The notes below the pieces were generated by a model. It did no database searches and had not been told where the DNA came from. It worked only from the letters and a program-made list of their open reading frames with translations. DNA of 64,000 bases from Auanema rhodensis (lineage: Eukaryota > Animalia > Nematoda), in NCBI GenBank assembly GCA_964057225.1, contig OZ059898.1, positions 10,354,001-10,418,000 on the forward strand. Reading direction: 5' to 3'. The position numbers and the translations under genes were made by a program. Below, in pieces: positions 54,103-60,700 of the stretch (within the stretch, counting starts at the first letter, position 1; every line of letters begins with the position of its first letter).

Positions 54103-54107
54103 TAAGT
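54103..54107. other. Left target-site duplication TAAGT
   Basis: Repeated at 63884-63888; single copy in the empty paralogous site 33078-33082. Confidence 0.92.
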
Positions 54108-54171
54108 TGTCGCGATAAGCGAGTGAGTTTGTATAATTTTTTTATCTTCAACAATTGTTTTATTTGTTTCT

Positions 54172-54238
<67 letters not shown>

Positions 54239-54482
54239 TTCTTCTAACTTCCTAAGTAATTTTTATCCATACCACATGTTGTGTTATACATGTGGCATGA
54301 CTAACTCTTTGTTTCAGGCTGACGACCGCCCACGAGAAGAGATCAGTCTTACATTTTTTAACGTTCGCAGTCAGTGATTCTATTCCGTGCTTGTCTTGTT
54401 AATTCATCAATAAACCCTTTTCTACATATTCGCTTTGTGTTTTATTTCCAACCATACTATACACTTGCGGTATAACGCCACA
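54108..54482 (+). repeat. 5' LTR of copy 2 (375 bp), contains (TC)30 at 54175-54234
   Basis: Direct repeat of 63535-63883; followed by AAT and the PBS. Confidence 0.97.
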
Positions 54483-54485
54483 AAT

Positions 54486-54497
54486 TGGTGCATCGGC
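54486..54497 (+). promoter_or_regulatory. Primer-binding site complementary to the 3' 12 nt (incl. CCA) of tRNA-Gly(GCC)
   Basis: TGGTGCATCGGC is the reverse complement of GCCGATGCA-CCA. Confidence 0.93.
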
Positions 54498-54523
54498 TAG
54501 TTCAGATCTTAGCCGCTTCAAGT

Positions 54524-54540
54524 CCCGCGTGGCAGGTGAG
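54524..54540 (+). promoter_or_regulatory. Second tRNA-Gly-complementary box (anticodon arm) overlapping a candidate splice donor CAG|GTGAG
   Basis: CCCGCGTGGCAGGTGAG vs tRNA complement CCCGCGTGGCAGGCGAG (16/17; the mismatch is a G:U pair). Confidence 0.8.
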
Positions 54541-54763
54541 ATACAGCTCAAACCAAGCGTGTTTGAGCAAAAAACATACTTAATAGAAATCGTGGCAACC
54601 ATTAGTCCACGTCAAGTCACACCAAAAAGACTTGAACCATAAGCAAACTCTGCAGACAGAAACAGAGATTCACTATCACATATACTGTGATCACCAAACA
54701 AACAAAAAAAAAAAAAGAGAAAGTAAAAGGAATATAAGCATTATTCCTACATCTACGACAAAA

Positions 54764-57700
54764 ATGTCACTCCTTTTTGTCAATCATATCAAACAGTCTA
54801 ACCAGTTTCTCGGAGAATTACTTACACGATACGAGATGGAAGTGAAGGACCTTCCTGGTATTCTGGTAGATTGCGACTTCCACACTGAGGAAGAAGAGGA
54901 AACCCTCTCTTGCCTTATCATTCGCTGGACAAAAGTCCAACACCAATTCAAAGAATCGTTGAAAAATCATCAAGATAACGAGAAAAAATTCCAAAAATTT
55001 TACGAAGCATCAGACAAAACGCTTCGTAAAGCATTAGACGAACAGTACATCGCCTTCACATCCGATGAAGACTTTGAACCCAACATTAAAAAGGTTCAAA
55101 ACGCCATTATTGAGCTTGACGAACACATCATGAAAGCCGAACGCATACTTAGAAAGCTGAGAAAAACGCTTCATAAGAATGAATCTGAGCACAACAGCAA
55201 TCGCTCAACAGAAAACAATGAAACAGAAAACAAATCGAATGATCAATTTCTGGAAATTATCAAGTCATTCCTACACATCCAACAAACTAGTATCCAAAAA
55301 CCAGCGATGTCGCTACCTACATTTGATGGCAAACCAGAGAACTTCAAATCATTCTGGGGCCGTTTTGATAGACTTGTTCATGATAATGAACAGTTTACAA
55401 CCTTAGAAAAGGTAAACCTACTCTGTGAAAGCCTCAAAGGCGATTCACAAATAGCAATCAGAGGAATAGAACCCTCTGCTCAAAATTATGAGCTTATGCG
55501 TGAAGCATTAGTTTCTGAATTTGGAGACTATTCGTCGGATATCAACTCTCTTTTGACACAACTACGTAATTTGAAATTTGCAAGCAATAATGCAAAAGCA
55601 TGCAAAGAAACATTTGGAGAAACCAAGGCACTTATCAGGCAAATTGAAGCAGCCGGAGCTACAGTATCCCGCGAAATGTGTACCGCGATGATTCTCAACA
55701 AATTCCCATACCACATCGTGGAAGACATTCTAATTCATCCAAACAACTACCATTCTACTAAAGAAATGCTGACAGCTGTAGACCACAAAATCTATTCCTT
55801 TTTTCTAAAAGAACAAACAAGAAATAGTCATGAACAAAAGTTTCGAAATCACAAAGACAATGTCACATCTGTTTCACATAAAGACAGCACTGCAGAACAA
55901 CGGAAAACCCAAACTTGGCCATGTGTCTTTTGCGACTCATCCGAGCATCGTTTTTATCAATGCACCACATTTGAAACACCAGAGAAAAGAAGGTACCGCA
56001 TTCGCGGAAAGGCCATCTGTTGGATTTGCTTTTCCGATAAACACAAAAGTTCGGAATGCAGAAAACAAAAATGTCGCAATTGCCAAGGAGATCATAATTC
56101 CGCCTTGTGCTCACAAGGAAGAAAAAGTGTACAAAATATCCAAAAAGATAAAGAAACTCCCACAATTAAAAAAGATCAGGCTTTACTGATCACCACAGAA
56201 GAATTATTGAATAAAAAAACAACAGAATATAAACAAGAATCTGACACTAATAATCGAATCCCTACTGAGGCACTTAATGCACCAGTATCGCTTAATCACA
56301 TTGCTGACACACATAATATTGAAGAAAGTCAAGTAATATTACGAACAGCAATGGCGAACATATACAACCACAATAGTAAAAAATATGAGCAAGTACGCAT
56401 GCTCATAGATGAAGGATCCATGAGATCTTTTATATCCAAGGACCTATCTACAAGATTAGGACTGCCCATTCTTGGTTCTCAGAAGAGAACCTTTTACGGC
56501 ATTGGAGCATTATCAGAAACACATGAAGTTGAAGATGTTAAGGTAATTATTGGAACCTCAACTGGATCCCTTATCGTAACAAAACTGTTCACAAAACCCA
56601 TGTTAACCACACCTATACGGTGTCCTAAACTATCTAATGAAGACTTAAAATTCATACAAAGAAGAAAAATTAAATTAGCCAATCCAAAAACAAACGGAGA
56701 ATCATTTACTCCGGATATACTGATAGGTATGGATAGATACAAACTATTCATGCACTTAAACGAAGAAACCGAACTCCCCTCACGTATGAGATTGAAAAAC
56801 TCGGTATTCGGCCACATGATACATGGGGAAGCTCCTCTTCCCGATGATAATACACAACAAGAAGTAATATTATGCTCTACATTAGAAGAGATAACAAAAG
56901 AAACCTCTCATAAAGAACTCCTCACTAATCTGTTTGAACTGGATTCTATCGGCATCAATACAGAAAATGCCAACGCAGACCGCACTATTGATTACTATGA
57001 AGAATACTCAAAAGATATAAAAATTGAGAACAACCGTATTATTGCACCGTTCCCGTTAAAAAATAACTTCAAAAATCTCAAAAACAACAAAATGCCCGCG
57101 TACCATAGATTCGTATCCCTATGGCGAAAGTTACTGCACAATCCAGAAATGCTCTCACACTATACTACAACCATTGAAAGTTACCTCAAAGATAACATTG
57201 TCGAACAAATTCCCAACAATCACCAGGAGCCTTTAGAGTTTTATATGCCCCACCATGGGGTTTGGAAGCCCAGCAAGGCTAACCCTCTCAGAATCGTTTT
57301 TGACGCCTCCGCTAAACAGAAGGATAGCCCATCGTTGAATGAGATAATACACACAGGACGATCATTTATCACATATATACACGACATCATGATCTCCTGC
57401 AGAACAAGACCAATAATAATAACATGCGATATTAAAGCCGCATTTCTACAAGTACAATTGACAGAAAATCACAAGAATTTATGCAAATTCTTTTGGATAA
57501 AAAACAAAGAATACCCAATATCACACAATAATATCATAACCCTTCGATTCAACAGATTACCATTCGGTATCACTGCATCCCCCAGCGTATTGAACATGGG
57601 CATAAAATGGTTCTTAGAATCAAAAGTAGACAACCCATTAGCTATGGAAATCCTGCACAACTTATACGTCGACAATATCATTCTTACAGCAAATACAACC

Positions 57701-60700
57701 GAAGAAGCTATAAAGAAATGTAAAGAAACCCAAACACTATTCTCAGAAATAAACATGCATGTTCGCGAATTCTTGTCAAACGATGAACAAGTAATACAGA
57801 ACCTTCCTGAAGAAGACAGATATCCGAACATGACAACCAAAATACTTGGCATATCTTTTAATAAAGAACACGACTCCTTCATTATCCCAATAAAAATAAC
57901 AACGACTCACACAAGTTACACCAAGAGAATTCTACTCAGTCAGTTACATTCAATATTTGATCCCATTGGATTATCAGCACCAATACTGTTACCCCTCAAA
58001 CTTATCTTGCGAGAAATCATTAGCACAAAATTATCATGGGACCAACCCATTGACTCAAACAGTATCAAGCAATGGGAACAACATATTACTCAGATTAACA
58101 ATAAGCAATTAACCATGAACAGATATTTTAAGTTTTCTGAACATGAAACACAGTTATGGGTCTTCGCTGACGCAAGCAACCAAGCAATGGCCGCTTGTTC
58201 ATATTTCCAAACAAATGGGAAGATTAGTTCTCTGCTCAACGGGAAATCACGCATAGCACCCAAAAATAAAACTACAATTCCACGATTAGAGTTACTAGCC
58301 ATTCGTTTAGCTGTACGAATGGCATTATCTATCGTCACCATATGTCCGAAAATAGCGAAAGTTAACATTGTGAGCGATAGCAACATCGCACTATCATGGA
58401 TTGTCTCACAAAAATCTCTCCCACTGTTCATTAATAATCAAACAAATACTATAAAGAAACAACTCAAGCAAATCGAACAAATATGTTGCAATATAGAACT
58501 ATATCACGTACAAACCTCGTTCAACACAGCAGACATCGGATCTCGAGGTGCAGACATGGAAAAACTACAAGTTTCCGACTGGATTGAAGGCCCACATTGG
58601 TTAACTAAACTTTCCGTGCATAACCCTCTGACATCACTCGGCTCACCTAACAACTCGAGCAGGAATAACGCAGAATTAAAATCGGAGCATCACAATGTTG
58701 TCCACATAATCATAGACAATCCTCCAACCCATGATATTTGGAACATTCGTGAAAACTATGATGACGTGATCAAAACAATGACAACCGTAGGGAAATTATT
58801 CAAGAAATGGTTTTTCACAGTCCATCCTAACGACGCCAACAAGTTGCAAAAAATAAAACATCTCACATCAACAGACACGCACACTGTTGAAGACATCAAC
58901 ATTATTGAAAAAATTTTGATCAGTAACAGTCAATCTAATATGAGCCTTGATGACTTACAGCAAAGACATATAAATCTAAAATTCTTCAAAGATACATGGG
59001 ATATTTATCGCGTAAGAAGCCGTTTACAAAATACTCTTCTTCCCGAAGAGACGAAAAACCCTATATTCCTTCTTAAAACAAACCCCATAGTTAAAAAACT
59101 GATCAACAAAATACACAAAGACAATAATCATCAAGGCAAACATTTCACGCTTATTCAACTCAGACAAAAGTTCTATATACCAAAAACAACCGGAGTCATT
59201 AAGCAAACATTGAAAAACTGTGTGACATGTAAAAGATTTCAATCACACCCTTATGAATTACCAGATATGCCATCGCTACCAAAAGATAGAACGATTCTTA
59301 CAAGAGCATTCTTTTCAACAGGGTGTGATCTTATGGGCCCCTTCACCCTTCGAAATGGGTCTAAAGTCCATATCTGTCTGTTTACATGCATGACAACTAG
59401 AGCAATTCACTTAGAGGTAGTCACCAATCAATCCACAGTTGCTTTTATGAATGCATTCACTAGATTTATATCACGCAGAGGTACTCCAGAAATTATGCGT
59501 AGTGACTGCGCAGGAAACTTTATATTGAGCTCAAAAATATTAGAAACCCTTGAAAAAACATCGGATTACAACGAAAGAAGCTTACTAAACACACTAGCAC
59601 AACAAAAAATTAAATGGATATACAACACTCCATTATCACCCTGGAAAGGTGGATGTTGGGAACGTTTAGTAGGTGTAACCAAAGCTTCACTCAAAAAATG
59701 TTTCATTCCTAGTCGAATGTCCCTGGATGACTTACACACAGCCATTGTAAAAATAGAAGCTATAATTAATACACGCCCACTCACCCATCCACACCCAGAT
59801 AATTTAGATACTCTACCCATAAGGCCAATTGACTTTTTAACATCAGCCATAAAGTTTTCATTACCTGAAAACAACGCGGATACTCATATATTTGATATCC
59901 ATAGCGATATTCAAACGATTCAATCAACAGAGCAAGCGCTAGAAGCGCTTCAATTATCAGAAGACTCAGCATCTAAATTTTGGAAACGATTTCAAGAAGA
60001 ATATCTAACAAGCTTAAAAGATATATTTAAGCATAAACACCATAGAAAAAATCACACAAACATCTTCCCCCAACCAGATGAAATAGTATTGATACAAAAC
60101 GACATGTTGCCACGAGGAACATGGAAACTAGGTCGCATCATTGAAACAATCACTAGTTCAGATGGCAACATACGTTCAGCAAAAGTTGCAACAAGCAACG
60201 GAAACATAATTACTCGATCTATCAATCAGCTCTATCCACTAGAGATAAGATGCAACACTAGCAACAACAAAATCATAGAAGACAACTCACACATAGTCCA
60301 AGAAAATAATAGCTCAACAGATAGAATACCACATACTGATACCGTATTAGACAACATACACTCCGATCATCCTATAGAACATACAGATGAAACAATACAT
60401 GAGAACAATAACATAAATGATAGCAACCATAATTACGATATTGCATATGAATCAGATAACTCTCAACATGATAATACATACACTCCAGAAACAGAGAATA
60501 ATGAGGATGCAACAAATGATCGACCTCAAAATAAAACAAAGCTATCATCAGTAAAAACAGCAAAATATACAGAACAAGATGAGGTCACTGAGAAGGAAAA
60601 TATAAAAGCCTTCCCACTAAAAATGTCCTATGCCACACACCAAAGAAAAAATAAAATAAACCCAAAAATAGCAGCTGACATAATGAAAGCCCTTTCATTA

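Larger units (their letters stand above)
5669..54107. repeat. Satellite array: ~231-bp AT-rich monomers interspersed with ~403-bp tRNA-Gly-bearing units
   Basis: GTTCAGCTATC recurs at 5701 and 5932 (231 bp). tRNA units measure ~403 bp (6621 to 7024). Continuous up to the LTR at 54108. Confidence 0.97.

Noticed and set aside
5669-54107. CRISPR-like repeat/spacer array
   Set aside because: Units are 231/403 bp with no unique spacers, there are no cas genes, and the context is eukaryotic. The recurring GC-rich 71-mer is a tRNA gene.
5669-54107. Centromeric or programmed-elimination role for the satellite
   Set aside because: Plausible for an AT-rich HOR satellite but nothing in the sequence tests it; no telomeric repeats seen.
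53958-54377. 139-aa ORF spanning tRNA antisense and LTR; also 5345-5563
   Set aside because: Chance fusion across the insertion junction; the poly-SL run is the (TC)n microsatellite.
54632-54763. N-terminal 44-aa extension of the polyprotein
   Set aside because: Starts at TTG and crosses an A-run. The ATG at 54764 in AAAA context is the more plausible start.
56408-56416. Protease motif DEG instead of DS/TG as a sign of inactivation
   Set aside because: Catalytic Asp and the downstream ILIGMD motif are intact, and I recall DEGS occurring in other BEL/Pao proteases.
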